Part shown: one piece after another, positions 19,307-29,380 of the stretch | Numbering within the stretch: the first letter of the stretch is position 1 | How the letters are laid out: every line of letters begins with the position of its first letter | NCBI GenBank assembly: GCA_900299115.1 | Contig: OMIO01000160.1 | Coordinates: 1-57,844 of the forward strand | Direction of reading: 5' to 3' | From: Methylocystaceae bacterium | Lineage (GTDB): Bacteria; Pseudomonadota; Alphaproteobacteria; Rhizobiales; Beijerinckiaceae | Length of the DNA stretch: 57,844 nt | The notes under the pieces: model-generated | What the model was told of the DNA's origin: nothing | Seen by the model: only the letters and a program-made list of their open reading frames with translations | Databases searched by the model: none | Translations under genes and position numbers: made by a program

Positions 19307-19420
19307 TTAGTCGTTAAATACCCAACGAGCTGCGAAATAAGCCGCCGCTCCAATAGCGATGATCGCAATCATGCCGGTTGGCGTTGAAGCATAGCTTGTC
19401 AATTCGAGAATAGCACCCAT
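19307..19420 (-). CDS. unannotated 37-aa single-pass membrane protein MGAILELTSYASTPTGMIAIIAIGAAAYFAARWVFND
   Basis: ATG preceded by AGGAGG (CAGGAGGAAATC-ATG), clean TM helix, TAA stop and downstream terminator. Confidence 0.8.
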   Translation of the reverse strand: MGAILELTSYASTPTGMIAIIAIGAAAYFAARWVFND

Positions 19421-19840
19421 GATTTCCTCCTGTTTCACATTCACTTGGAGCGACACTGGCGCAGGGTAACGCTTCTACTCAACACACCTGCTAGCAGTCT
19501 CGCCGCATTTATTGTCCTAAAGATCAGTAAGAGCGGCCCGATAGGATGCGCCAAAAGGCGTCTCCCTAAAGTCCATTGCGCCAGTTTCTTCATTTGAAGA
19601 CTGGCGACGTCGGAAAGGAATCTCCTGCGCGACCCCGCTTCTGATCAATTTTCGACATCGCGGCAAGACGCCTTGATGGCGGGAAGCGGTGTCATTGCAT
19701 TATTGAAACGGCTGATCCTTGTCAAGATCGTGAAAAAAAACACTGGGTTTAAAAGAGATCGATCATCCCATCGCCTTTTTCCGCCACTGCGCTATGTGAA
19801 TACCCTAAACTCCTTATTTAACACTATTCCACGAGTTCTT

Positions 19841-20242
19841 ATGTCTGGCTCCCCCTTCAAGTTAATCCTCATACTGGTTGTCCTGGCCGCAGGAGGTTTT
19901 TCAATTTTTTACGCGACAAAAGGGCGCGCTCCCGCCTGTGAAGACGGCGGGAAATATATGTCCACCCTTACAGAATGCCGCGCCTGGGGATTAGAAGAGA
20001 CTATTTGCGCTACGGCAATCGAAAACGCTCGTGCGATTGCCGCGCGTATAGCTCCTAAAACAGAAACAATGTTTCAATGTGAAACGAGATTTACGGACTG
20101 TTTTGAAAATCCAGCGGGCGGCTTTACGCCAAGACCTTCCTTTTGTCTAAAATCGACCGCAACGCCCAGCGAACTCAGATATCTCGAATTCGAATCTGAC
20201 CGACGCAACCGTCGCGTCACCAAAGAAGTGCGGATTAATTAA
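19841..20242 (+). CDS. DUF1190-like Cys-rich membrane-anchored protein
   Basis: N-terminal TM; EC...C..A...A....APK......CE..F..C pattern. Confidence 0.6.
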   Translation: MSGSPFKLILILVVLAAGGFSIFYATKGRAPACEDGGKYMSTLTECRAWGLEETICATAIENARAIAARIAPKTETMFQCETRFTDCFENPAGGFTPRPSFCLKSTATPSELRYLEFESDRRNRRVTKEVRIN

Positions 20243-20262
20243 CGCCTCTTTATTCCATCGGG

Positions 20263-21099
20263 TCAGCGCGTTTTTTGCCCAAGCGTGAATTCTGACGCAT
20301 CAATGGCTAACTCGCCCGCCGCCGTGCCTATATCGATATGGATTGGGACAACAACATGTGTCTCTGGCATGGGCGCAAGTCAGACATGGATATCCTGATT
20401 TTCAGACATGTAACGGGTTGATGCGCTGTCGGGTCGATGGCCTGCAATTGGCGTGTAACGCGCAGCGCACACAACAACTGGCCCAGCGTAGCCTTTGGCT
20501 TCTATATTTTGCGCGCCTGAATAGGACAAGGAAATATCGAAACGCGTAATGCCGTCAAAAACAGATATAGTGCGTTCACATGCAGCAGGACCTATGAGTT
20601 CCTGATTGGCCGGCACGGGCATAATTAAGGCGCTTACCGGATCAACCACCCGCCTGCGAGCGCTCTCGCCCAATGGCACGCGGGCCGGCAAATCCCATGG
20701 CTCTGGACGAATATCAACGGAGCGAACAGCATTGCTCGATAAGGACATCCGGATCGTGCGCGTCTCTTCACTGTTAGAGGTTGTGTTTGCGTAACTAGAT
20801 GGAGAAGGTCCGTTTAAAGACATTCCTCCAGACGCAGAGGCGACGCCCTTGGCGCTATTGACCAGATTAGCTAAACCCGTTGTGCGCATTCCAATATCAA
20901 TTCGGTAGCTACGAGGTTCCACGAACCCATTCGCATAAGCACTGCCGATTGATAGGCCCATTAAGGTCATCCCATAATGCGCCTTCAGCGTTTCCGCGCT
21001 TAGTCCAGTTTGACATCCCACAAGAGCCAGGCATGAGAAAAGGCTCCTTCCAACAATAACGGCAAAAAATCTTATGGTGAGATTAGGGACCTGACGCAT
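20263..21099 (-). pseudogene. DUF3108 family exported protein interrupted by in-frame TGA (20380-20382)
   Basis: DPVSAL, CERTISVFDG.TRFD, C.ARY.PIAGHR; the frame continues past TGA as LAPMPETHVVVPIHIDIGT...QKTR to a stop at 20263. Confidence 0.7.
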
Positions 21100-21164
21100 T
21101 GTTCCCGCATTTCATCTTTTGACAGGCCTCAGGCAGCGCTTGTGAGCGTGATTGATTGATCGCG

Positions 21165-21581
21165 TTAGGCTGTTTCTTGCCAATGGCCATCAGGAAAAAT
21201 ACGCCAGGCGCGCAATCCTGCTTTTGCAAGAACTGTGCGGCCAGACTTTGCTTCAGCCACAAGATGCTTAAACACCAAGGGATTACGCCACATAAAGGGT
21301 TTTTCAGGATCACAGACAGCGTGATATTCATCACTATCAGGATCGTCCATCAGCAACGTGCCAACACGGTCAGGTCGCAACTGTGCTGAAAGACTGCGTT
21401 CTTCTTTCCATCGACACTGGTAGTCTCGACAAACCTCGGGACGTTTCGTGTAAATGCCACAGCCTCCCTCATGGATGCAATGGTCACATAATTTACCAGC
21501 TTTCTTTTTGAACTCTTCGATTTCGAGAACTTTACAGCAAAGATAACAGCTGCCGCAGGCTTTTCCAGGAATTTCGAGCAT
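21165..21581 (-). CDS. YkgJ-like CxxCxxCC cysteine-cluster protein
   Basis: CGSCYLCC...C.HC...GC.IY..RP..CR.Y.C.W. Confidence 0.8.
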   Translation of the reverse strand: MLEIPGKACGSCYLCCKVLEIEEFKKKAGKLCDHCIHEGGCGIYTKRPEVCRDYQCRWKEERSLSAQLRPDRVGTLLMDDPDSDEYHAVCDPEKPFMWRNPLVFKHLVAEAKSGRTVLAKAGLRAWRIFPDGHWQETA

Positions 21582-21676
21582 AGCGTCCAAACGCAGACAG
21601 AGAGAATCGAATCGGCTTATTGTCACCTTGCGAGCGTTGGATGCAAGACGCATTCGGATTTAACCCGAGATAAAGC

Positions 21677-22531
21677 ATGACCCTTTTCATTAATCCAAAA
21701 AGCTTATTTGTCTCACCACAACAGCTCGAGACATTAAGAAGCTCATCTGAAATCTTAATTTTGGACGCCTCTTGGCATATGCCCACGACGGGAAAAAATG
21801 CTTATAAGGACTATTTGAACGAGCACATACCAGGGGCAGTTTTCTTTGACATTGACGCCATTTCAGACAAAGAAACAGATCTGCCGCACATGCTTCCAAG
21901 TGTGGATTTTTTTTCTCTCGCAATGCGCGCGCTCGGCTTGAACAACGAAAGTCATGCGGTCGTGTATGATAGCTTGGGCCTGTTCTCTGCGCCCAGGCTT
22001 TGGTGGACCCTGCAAGTCTTTGGCTTGAGAAAAATTTCGATCCTCGCAGGCGGCCTGCCCGCTTGGAAAAGCCAGGGGCTTCCGCTTGAAACAGGGCCAG
22101 TCAACTCTCGTCCCGGGAATTTTGAGGCGCGTTACGACGCTTCGCTTGTAGCTAACGCGCAAGAAGTTGCCTTCGCTTTGAATACCGGCGAGGCTCAAAT
22201 TCTAGACGCCCGCTCCAGTGGGAGATTTCGAGGAGAGGTCCCCGAGCCCCGTCCGGGGCTGAGGTCGGGACATATGCCCGGAGCCCTTAATCTTCCCTTT
22301 CAGGAGCTCATTGAAAATGGCAGCTTATCGTCAATAGAAACTCTTGAAAAAGTCTTTCAAAACTCTGGCATAAATATACAAAAACCCATCATCGCAACCT
22401 GCGGCTCTGGTTTAACCGCTTGTATCTTAGCTTTGGCGATTGCAGCCACCGGAAAGGACATCCCAAAAGTTTACGACGGCTCTTGGTCTGAGTGGGGCGG
22501 GATGGAAAATCTTCCAGTTGAAAAAAGCTAG
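21677..22531 (+). CDS. sseA: 3-mercaptopyruvate sulfurtransferase (tandem rhodanese)
   Basis: HIPGAVFFD, LPHMLP, GHMPGA, CGSGLTA active loop, YDGSWSEW. Confidence 0.93.
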   Translation: MTLFINPKSLFVSPQQLETLRSSSEILILDASWHMPTTGKNAYKDYLNEHIPGAVFFDIDAISDKETDLPHMLPSVDFFSLAMRALGLNNESHAVVYDSLGLFSAPRLWWTLQVFGLRKISILAGGLPAWKSQGLPLETGPVNSRPGNFEARYDASLVANAQEVAFALNTGEAQILDARSSGRFRGEVPEPRPGLRSGHMPGALNLPFQELIENGSLSSIETLEKVFQNSGINIQKPIIATCGSGLTACILALAIAATGKDIPKVYDGSWSEWGGMENLPVEKS

Positions 22532-22625
22532 AATAGATTAATATTTAGGCATAATGATTAATATATAGCCAATCTTGCTAATCATAGGGCGCGCAATAAG
22601 ATTTTAGCCCGTTTAACCTTAGCCA

Positions 22626-22641
22626 TGGCGCCAAAATCGCT
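22626..22641 (+). promoter_or_regulatory. putative sigma54 -24/-12 promoter of glnB-glnA
   Basis: TGGCGC-N5-TCGCT with correct GG/GC spacing; a degenerate NtrC-like site (TGCTAATCATAGGGCG) lies near 22577. Confidence 0.5.
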
Positions 22642-22651
22642 GTGATGGTAA

Positions 22652-23059
<408 letters not shown>

Positions 23060-23154
23060 TGTATTGTTTCGTCCGGTGACTCCTTCAAACTAATTCGCTA
23101 ACTATTAGCGATCCCATCATTAAGCTAGACCAAATAAGAGAGGCAAAGAGCAAC

Positions 23155-24564
23155 ATGACGACTGCGAAGGCAATTCTTAAGCAAATCAAAGAAGAAGACA
23201 TCAAATCTGTCTATTTCCGTTTTACCTATCCGCGCGGAAAGTGGCAGCATGTCACGTTTGACGTCTCGATCGTTGACGAAGATGCTTTGAACGAAGGCAT
23301 TATGTTCGACGGCTCTTCAATCGCCGGTTGGAAGGCGATCAATGAGTCAGACATGACCCTTTTGCCTGATCTCTCGACAGCGACTATGGATCCTTTCTTT
23401 GCTGCGCCAACAATGGTCATCGTATGCGATGTCGTCGAACCCATGACGGGCCAGCCTTACAACCGCGATCCAAGAAGCATCGCGAAGAAAGCCATGGCGC
23501 ATGTCCAAACTGCTGGCGTCGGCGATACCGCCTTTTTTGGACCGGAAGCTGAGTTTTTCGTTTTTGACGATGTTCGCTTCTCGGCAGATCCTTACAACAC
23601 GGGATTCACCCTTGATTCCGTAGAATTACCCTCAAACGCTGATACCGCCTATGAAGGCGGCAATCTTGGACACCGCGTAAGAACGAAAGGCGGCTACTTC
23701 CCAGTCCCGCCAGTCGACTCTGCACAAGATATGCGCGGCGAAATGCTCGCGGCCATGGCGGCGATGGGTGTGAAGGTTGAGAAACATCACCATGAAGTCG
23801 CCTCAGCGCAGCATGAATTGGGCTTAAAGTTTGAAACGCTCGTAACCGTAGCGGATCACCTTCAAATCTATAAATACGCCATACATCAAGTTGCGCATTC
23901 CTACGGCAAAACCGCTACATTTATGCCCAAACCCGTTTTCGGAGATAACGGTTCAGGCATGCATGTGCATCAGTCAATCTGGAAAGACGGCAAGCCTGTT
24001 TTCGCTGGCGATAAATATGCTGGGCTCTCACAAGAGTGCCTTTGGTATATCGGCGGCATTATCAAGCACGCTAAGTCGCTTAACGCCTTCACCAATCCCT
24101 CAACCAACTCATATAAGCGCTTGGTTCCAGGCTATGAGGCGCCCGTTCTTCTAGCCTATTCCTCTCGCAATCGCTCGGCCTCTTGCCGTATCCCATTTGG
24201 ATCAGGACCTAAAGCAAAGCGTATCGAAGTTCGCTTCCCCGATCCAACAGCAAATCCTTATCTTGCCTTCGCCGCCATGCTTATGGCTGGCCTCGATGGC
24301 ATTGCAAATAAAATTGATCCAGGTGCGCCATCAGACAAGGATCTCTACGATCTGCCGCCAGAAGAGTTGAAAGCAATCCCAACTGTCTGCGGCTCGCTGC
24401 GCGAAGCTCTGGACTCATTGAGAGCTGATCACGCCTATCTGACAGCTGGAGGCGTCTTCAACAAAGACTTTATTGAGTCATATATTGAGCTCAAGATGCA
24501 AGATGTCATGAGATTCGAAATGACTCCGCATCCAGTAGAGTTCGATATGTATTATTCTTACTAA
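23155..24564 (+). CDS. glnA: glutamine synthetase type I
   Basis: [44 protein letters not shown] adenylylation site. Confidence 0.98.
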   Translation: MTTAKAILKQIKEEDIKSVYFRFTYPRGKWQHVTFDVSIVDEDALNEGIMFDGSSIAGWKAINESDMTLLPDLSTATMDPFFAAPTMVIVCDVVEPMTGQPYNRDPRSIAKKAMAHVQTAGVGDTAFFGPEAEFFVFDDVRFSADPYNTGFTLDSVELPSNADTAYEGGNLGHRVRTKGGYFPVPPVDSAQDMRGEMLAAMAAMGVKVEKHHHEVASAQHELGLKFETLVTVADHLQIYKYAIHQVAHSYGKTATFMPKPVFGDNGSGMHVHQSIWKDGKPVFAGDKYAGLSQECLWYIGGIIKHAKSLNAFTNPSTNSYKRLVPGYEAPVLLAYSSRNRSASCRIPFGSGPKAKRIEVRFPDPTANPYLAFAAMLMAGLDGIANKIDPGAPSDKDLYDLPPEELKAIPTVCGSLREALDSLRADHAYLTAGGVFNKDFIESYIELKMQDVMRFEMTPHPVEFDMYYSY

Positions 24565-24608
24565 AACACCTTGAATTTCGTCATAGATTATGGCGAATGA
24601 ATCCATAG

Positions 24609-24648
24609 GCCCCGGAAGACAAAGAGTTGTCTCCCGGGGTTTCTTTTT
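24609..24648 (+). terminator. glnA intrinsic terminator
   Basis: CCCCGG..AGACAA/TTGTCT..CCGGGG stem followed by TTTCTTTTT. Confidence 0.8.
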
Positions 24649-24658
24649 AAGAAATGCA

Positions 24659-25918
24659 TCAATAAATCGGAAATGCTGAGCAAAGCGTCGATACTGCGTG
24701 AGCTATTGCTTTAATCTCCGACATGTCTGAGGGATTATGCAAAATGCGCGCAATCCATTCTCCGATTGCCGCGAACTCACTGACGCCAAAACCGCGTGCA
24801 ACGCCTGCATTTGTTGAAAGACGTAATCCAGACGGCGATTCAGGAGTGCGCCGATCAAATGGGATTAGATTTTTATTAACCGCTAAGCCTGCAAGCTCGA
24901 GCGCCTTGGCTGCTGTGTCTCCTGTTATGTTGAAGTTGGAAAGATCAACTAGAACCATTGTTGTATCTGTTCCACCCGTCACAATTCTAGCTCCGCCTGC
25001 GGATAATTTCTGCGCCAATAAAGCTGCGGCACACTGCGCTTGAGTGCTATAAAAAATAAACTCCTCACGCAGCGCCTCTCCGAAACAGACCGCCTTACCC
25101 GCCACTGCATGCAACATCACCGATCCCTGTACGCCAGGGAAAATTCCGTGATTGATCCTTTGAGTGAGCTCAGGGTCATTCCACAAAACCATGCCGCCCC
25201 GCGCACCACGCAAAGACTTGTAGGTAGTCGTTGTTACAACATGCGCATATGGCAGAGGATCAGGATAAAGACGAGAGGCGACAAGTCCTGCAAAATGAGC
25301 CATATCCACCATGAGATAAGCGCTAACCTCATCTGCAATTTTTCTTAACTGAGAAAAATCTATTTCCCTTGGATAGGCTGACCCGCCAGCAATGATGAGA
25401 TGCGGTCGGGTTTTAATGGCCAAATCCCGCACCTCATCAAGGTCAATACGCTCTGTCTGACGACTAACCCCATAGTGCGTGACCGCGTAATCGCGCCCCG
25501 TCAATGTTGCCGGATGTCCGTGACTAATGTGGCCGCCAGCTGAAATATTCATCGATAAGATCGGCGCCCCGAGTTTAAGCAATCCCAACAGAACGCCCGC
25601 ATTAGCATTTGTGCCTGAATGAGGTTGCACATTAGCGAAGCGGCAGTTGAATAATTTGCACGCACGCGTCATCGCCAAGGCTTCAATTTCATCTGCATAA
25701 ACTGCACCGCCATAATAGCGCTTAAAAACTTCTCCTTCGACGGTCTTGTTAGTCAATACGGAACCCTGAGCCGCTAGCACACATCGGGAGACAAGATTCT
25801 CGGAGGCAATTAATTCAACGCCATTCTGCTGACGCCGGAGCTCTCCTTCAATAAGATCAAATAATTCTGGATCACTCTCTAATCCAGCTGAAAAATAGCC
25901 GCCTTGCCGCCAAGTCAC
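24659..25918 (-). CDS. glyA: serine hydroxymethyltransferase-family enzyme, non-canonical paralog
   Basis: LIASEN, NVQPHSG, GGHISHG, DMAHFAGL, K.LRG.RGG; substrate-site motifs altered (TNKTVEG, TTTYKS, QGSV). Confidence 0.8.
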   Translation of the reverse strand: MTWRQGGYFSAGLESDPELFDLIEGELRRQQNGVELIASENLVSRCVLAAQGSVLTNKTVEGEVFKRYYGGAVYADEIEALAMTRACKLFNCRFANVQPHSGTNANAGVLLGLLKLGAPILSMNISAGGHISHGHPATLTGRDYAVTHYGVSRQTERIDLDEVRDLAIKTRPHLIIAGGSAYPREIDFSQLRKIADEVSAYLMVDMAHFAGLVASRLYPDPLPYAHVVTTTTYKSLRGARGGMVLWNDPELTQRINHGIFPGVQGSVMLHAVAGKAVCFGEALREEFIFYSTQAQCAAALLAQKLSAGGARIVTGGTDTTMVLVDLSNFNITGDTAAKALELAGLAVNKNLIPFDRRTPESPSGLRLSTNAGVARGFGVSEFAAIGEWIARILHNPSDMSEIKAIAHAVSTLCSAFPIY

Positions 25919-26082
25919 GCCCTACCTCCGAATTGATTTTTCTAGCGCTGCCCCCACTCATGATTGAGGGCAACATCTAACGTCATATCTGCATAGGATC
26001 ATCGCCCATAATCTATCAACCAGCGACATAACCCTATCAAAAAGCTTTCAAATTTAGGGAAACATGCTCTAAGACAGTCTCC

Positions 26083-26946
26083 ATGTCAGACCAGCCTACC
26101 TCGTCCCCTGCTGCAGATGCCCTGAACCAATTACGCACCGAGATTGATCGTATCGATCTCGAAATGCACCGGTTACTTATCGCGCGCGGATAGATTATTG
26201 ATCGACTAATCGCTGTCAAACGGGCTCAAGGCGGGGGATGCGCTTTTCGGCCAGAGAGAGAGGCGCAAATGATGCGCGCGCTTGTAGAGCGGCATCGTGG
26301 GCTATTGCCCGTTGACGCCGTCGAAGGCGTATGGCGCGTTATTGTCTCGACCTTCACATATGTTCAAAACAACTATTGTGTGCACGCCGATGATTCCGGC
26401 GGCGATGCTCAGATCCGCGATAGCGCCCGATTTCACTTTGGCTTTACAGTTCCTTATATCGCCCATCATGGCGCCGACGCAGTCATCGACGCTGTCGCTA
26501 AATCTAAGGGCGATCTAGGCGTCTTAAGAGCGACAGGAGCTACCGGAGATGGGGCTTGGTGGACGCGTCTCATTGGTGAAAATGCGCCAAAAATTATTGC
26601 GCGACTGCCTTTTGTTGAGCGACCCGATCATCCTGCGGGTTTACCAGTTTTTATTCTTGCTTGCGCCGCAAGCGAAGCAGCCTCACACGATATTCTACTT
26701 CACGCCATTCAATTATCAGAGTGGTCGCATTCTATTCCTGCCATCATATCGGAGCTTGAAGGAGAAATTGTCGCCAGCGCGCCACACGCCAAGGGATTAT
26801 CATTAATGGTCGCCGCGCCCGGACGCATCGAAGCTAAAAGATTTGCGCAAGCCATAACGAAGGCCTCTGTATCTTCGATCGGGAGTCACGCCCAACGTTA
26901 TGAATTATCGCGTGCGCGAAGCGGCGTCTTCGCGCCAGGGAGATGA
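26083..26946 (+). pseudogene. chorismate mutase (AroQ/CM_2 domain plus C-terminal domain) interrupted by in-frame TAG (26191-26193)
   Basis: LNQLRTEIDRIDLEMHRLLIARG*IIDRLIAVK...FRPERE in one frame from ATG 26083; usual position upstream of hisC-tyrC. Confidence 0.8.
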
Positions 26947-26950
26947 GGCT

Positions 26951-28054
26951 ATGACGAACCACCCCACTCCGCGCCCCGGCGTTTTATTGATTGACGCCTA
27001 TGTTCCTGGTAAAAGCGCAGCACCCGGGACAATGCGCGCCTTTAAGCTCTCCGCAAATGAAACGCCATTAGGACCATCGCCGCAAGCAATTGCCGCAGCC
27101 CGCAATATGCTTGAAGAAACCGCTCTTTATCCTGAAGGCTCCTCACGCAAGCTGCGCGAGGCGATTGGCGCGCAGTATAATTTAGATCCAGAACGCATCA
27201 TTGCTGGGGCGGGATCGGATGAAATTCTTGAACTTCTCGCGCTAGCCTATATCGGCCCACAGGACGAGGGCCTGTATAGTCAATATGGTTTTCTTGAATA
27301 TAAAATTGTTACGCTTTGCGCAGGTGGCCGCCCTGTTGTTGCGCCAGAAACAAATTATATAGCCGATGTCGATGCATTATTGAGCTGCGTGAACAGCAAA
27401 ACTAAACTCGTTTTTCTCGCCAACCCAAATAACCCAACAGGGTCCTATTTACCTGAAAAGGAAGTTCGGCGCCTTGCCGCCTCCTTACCGAAACAAACGA
27501 TTCTCGTATTGGATGCCGCATATGCGGAATATGTCACATCCGCTGACTATGTCTCTGGCGCAACGATTGTCGATGAGTATGAAAATGTTGTAATGACCCG
27601 TACTTTTTCTAAGATCTACGGACTTGCCGGCCTCCGTCTAGGATGGGGCTATGGTCAAAGATCGATAATTGACACACTCAATCGTATACGTCCGCCATTC
27701 AATATTTCCAGCATTGCCTCCGTAGCCGGCATCGCTGCGCTGGCAGACACACAACATCTTCAAAAAGCGATCGATCATAATACGCAATGGCTGCCATGGC
27801 TCACGAATGAAATTTCAGCGCTCGGACTTGAGGTGTTACCCAGCGTCGCCAATTTCATCGCTATTCGCTTTCCATCTACACCTGGTCTGACGGCTATTGA
27901 GGCTGATCAGTTTCTAACAAAAAAAGGACTGATCCTTCGGGCGATCGCCGCCTATGGGCTACCAGATTTTCTGCGCCTAACGATCGGCGGACAAGAAGCA
28001 AATTATGCAGTTGTCGCCGCCTTAAAAGAATTTATGCAAAAAGGAAAAAAATAG
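26951..28054 (+). CDS. hisC: histidinol-phosphate aminotransferase
   Basis: KLSANE, GSDE, NPNNPTG, DAAYAE, RTFSKIYGLAGLRLG. Confidence 0.95.
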   Translation: MTNHPTPRPGVLLIDAYVPGKSAAPGTMRAFKLSANETPLGPSPQAIAAARNMLEETALYPEGSSRKLREAIGAQYNLDPERIIAGAGSDEILELLALAYIGPQDEGLYSQYGFLEYKIVTLCAGGRPVVAPETNYIADVDALLSCVNSKTKLVFLANPNNPTGSYLPEKEVRRLAASLPKQTILVLDAAYAEYVTSADYVSGATIVDEYENVVMTRTFSKIYGLAGLRLGWGYGQRSIIDTLNRIRPPFNISSIASVAGIAALADTQHLQKAIDHNTQWLPWLTNEISALGLEVLPSVANFIAIRFPSTPGLTAIEADQFLTKKGLILRAIAAYGLPDFLRLTIGGQEANYAVVAALKEFMQKGKK

Positions 28055-28062
28055 TTTTTGAG

Positions 28063-29007
28063 ATGAGTAACTTCAGCACACAGCCCCCCTTATTTGAAAA
28101 GCTTGCGATTATCGGCTGCGGCTTGATTGGTTCTTCAATAGCGCGCGCGGCGCGTCAATTTAATGTCACGCAGACCATTGCTATTTATGACGCCCAATCC
28201 TCCGTCATGGAACGTGTTCAAGCGCTTAACCTTGCAGACTCAAAAATTGGCGGTATAGGACATGCCATAAAAGGCGCCGATCTCATCATTATCTGCACGC
28301 CGGTCGGATCCTGCGGTCGCGTTGCAAAAGAAATGGCGCCCTTTCTCGAAAAAGACGCCATCGTCTCTGATGTCGGCTCGGTGAAGGCAGCGGTCGTCCG
28401 CCAAGTCGCGCCCTACTTACCACCGCATGTCCACTTTATCCCAGCGCATCCAATTGCAGGAACTGAATTTTCAGGGCCAGACTCGGGTTTTTCAACGCTC
28501 TTTCAAAATCGTTGGTGCATCTTGACTCCCGAGCAAAACGTCAATGCTGCAAAGCTACAACAGCTCACCTTATTCTGGGAAGGCATTGGCGCAAAAGTTG
28601 AAAAAATGAGCCCTGAGCATCACGATAAAGTTCTTGCGCTAACAAGTCATTTACCTCACCTTATCGCCTATAATATTGTAGGGACAGCGGATGATTTTGG
28701 CGAACAAACACGCTCAGAGGTCATTAAATTTTCCGCCTCAGGCTTTCGTGACTTTACCCGCATCGCCGCATCAGACCCAATTATGTGGCGGGATATATTT
28801 CTAAATAATCGTGAAGCAGTTCTGGAAATGCTCGGGAGGTTTAATGAGGATCTGAGCGCTTTACAGAGGATGATCCGGCATGGCGATGGCGATAGCTTAA
28901 GCGCATTTTTTTCACGCACACGCATTATTAGGCAATCGATCATTGAACAAGGTCAAGACACGCCTTCTCCAGATTTCGGTCGACAAAATCAAAATAAAAA
29001 CCAATAG
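28063..29007 (+). CDS. tyrC: prephenate/arogenate (cyclohexadienyl) dehydrogenase
   Basis: GCGLIGSS, DVGSVK, HPIAGTE.SG, HD...A.TSHLPH, GFRDFTRIA. Confidence 0.92.
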   Translation: MSNFSTQPPLFEKLAIIGCGLIGSSIARAARQFNVTQTIAIYDAQSSVMERVQALNLADSKIGGIGHAIKGADLIIICTPVGSCGRVAKEMAPFLEKDAIVSDVGSVKAAVVRQVAPYLPPHVHFIPAHPIAGTEFSGPDSGFSTLFQNRWCILTPEQNVNAAKLQQLTLFWEGIGAKVEKMSPEHHDKVLALTSHLPHLIAYNIVGTADDFGEQTRSEVIKFSASGFRDFTRIAASDPIMWRDIFLNNREAVLEMLGRFNEDLSALQRMIRHGDGDSLSAFFSRTRIIRQSIIEQGQDTPSPDFGRQNQNKNQ

Positions 29008-29022
29008 ATTTTTGAGATAATC

Positions 29023-29334
29023 TTAATTTTTACCAAGCGCATCCCTAGCATTTTTCATAATTAAATTTTCAATTTTTTTGGAGAAACCGGCAAGCATCCA
29101 CGGTAAAGAGACCTCTACGCGCACCTGCCGCTCAGTTAAGAAAATTTGCGCCAAAACACTATACCCCAAAGCTTCCACCTGAATAATCGCAACGTTTCCT
29201 GACCAAAAAAAATCGTAGTGAGCAATCTTTTTTAGATAATCCTGACGCAATAGATTTAATCGCGCTTCAACTCGCTTTCTAATCAGCTCCACTTCGAGTT
29301 GATGATTGATGGTAACGACAATTTTATACGCCAT
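29023..29334 (-). CDS. polyhydroxyalkanoic acid system family protein (PHA_gran_rgn-like)
   Basis: I.H.L......RR.....; W.G; VRVEVSLPWMLA pattern. Confidence 0.65.
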   Translation of the reverse strand: MAYKIVVTINHQLEVELIRKRVEARLNLLRQDYLKKIAHYDFFWSGNVAIIQVEALGYSVLAQIFLTERQVRVEVSLPWMLAGFSKKIENLIMKNARDALGKN

Positions 29335-29380
29335 TATGTCTTAGCACGCTTAACCAGGTAAATCTCAGCACAATAACTTC

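Noticed and set aside
21165-22531. sseA sulfurtransferase and the Cys-cluster protein as sulfur donors for a phosphorothioation system with the DGQHR gene
   Set aside because: They lie 20 kb apart, no dndCDE or ssp genes are visible, and sseA is an ordinary housekeeping gene.
25919-26082. Riboswitch (ZTP or SAM-II) upstream of the glyA paralog or chorismate mutase
   Set aside because: Only one imperfect hairpin (about 25947-25974) is present; consensus motifs of neither class are recognisable.
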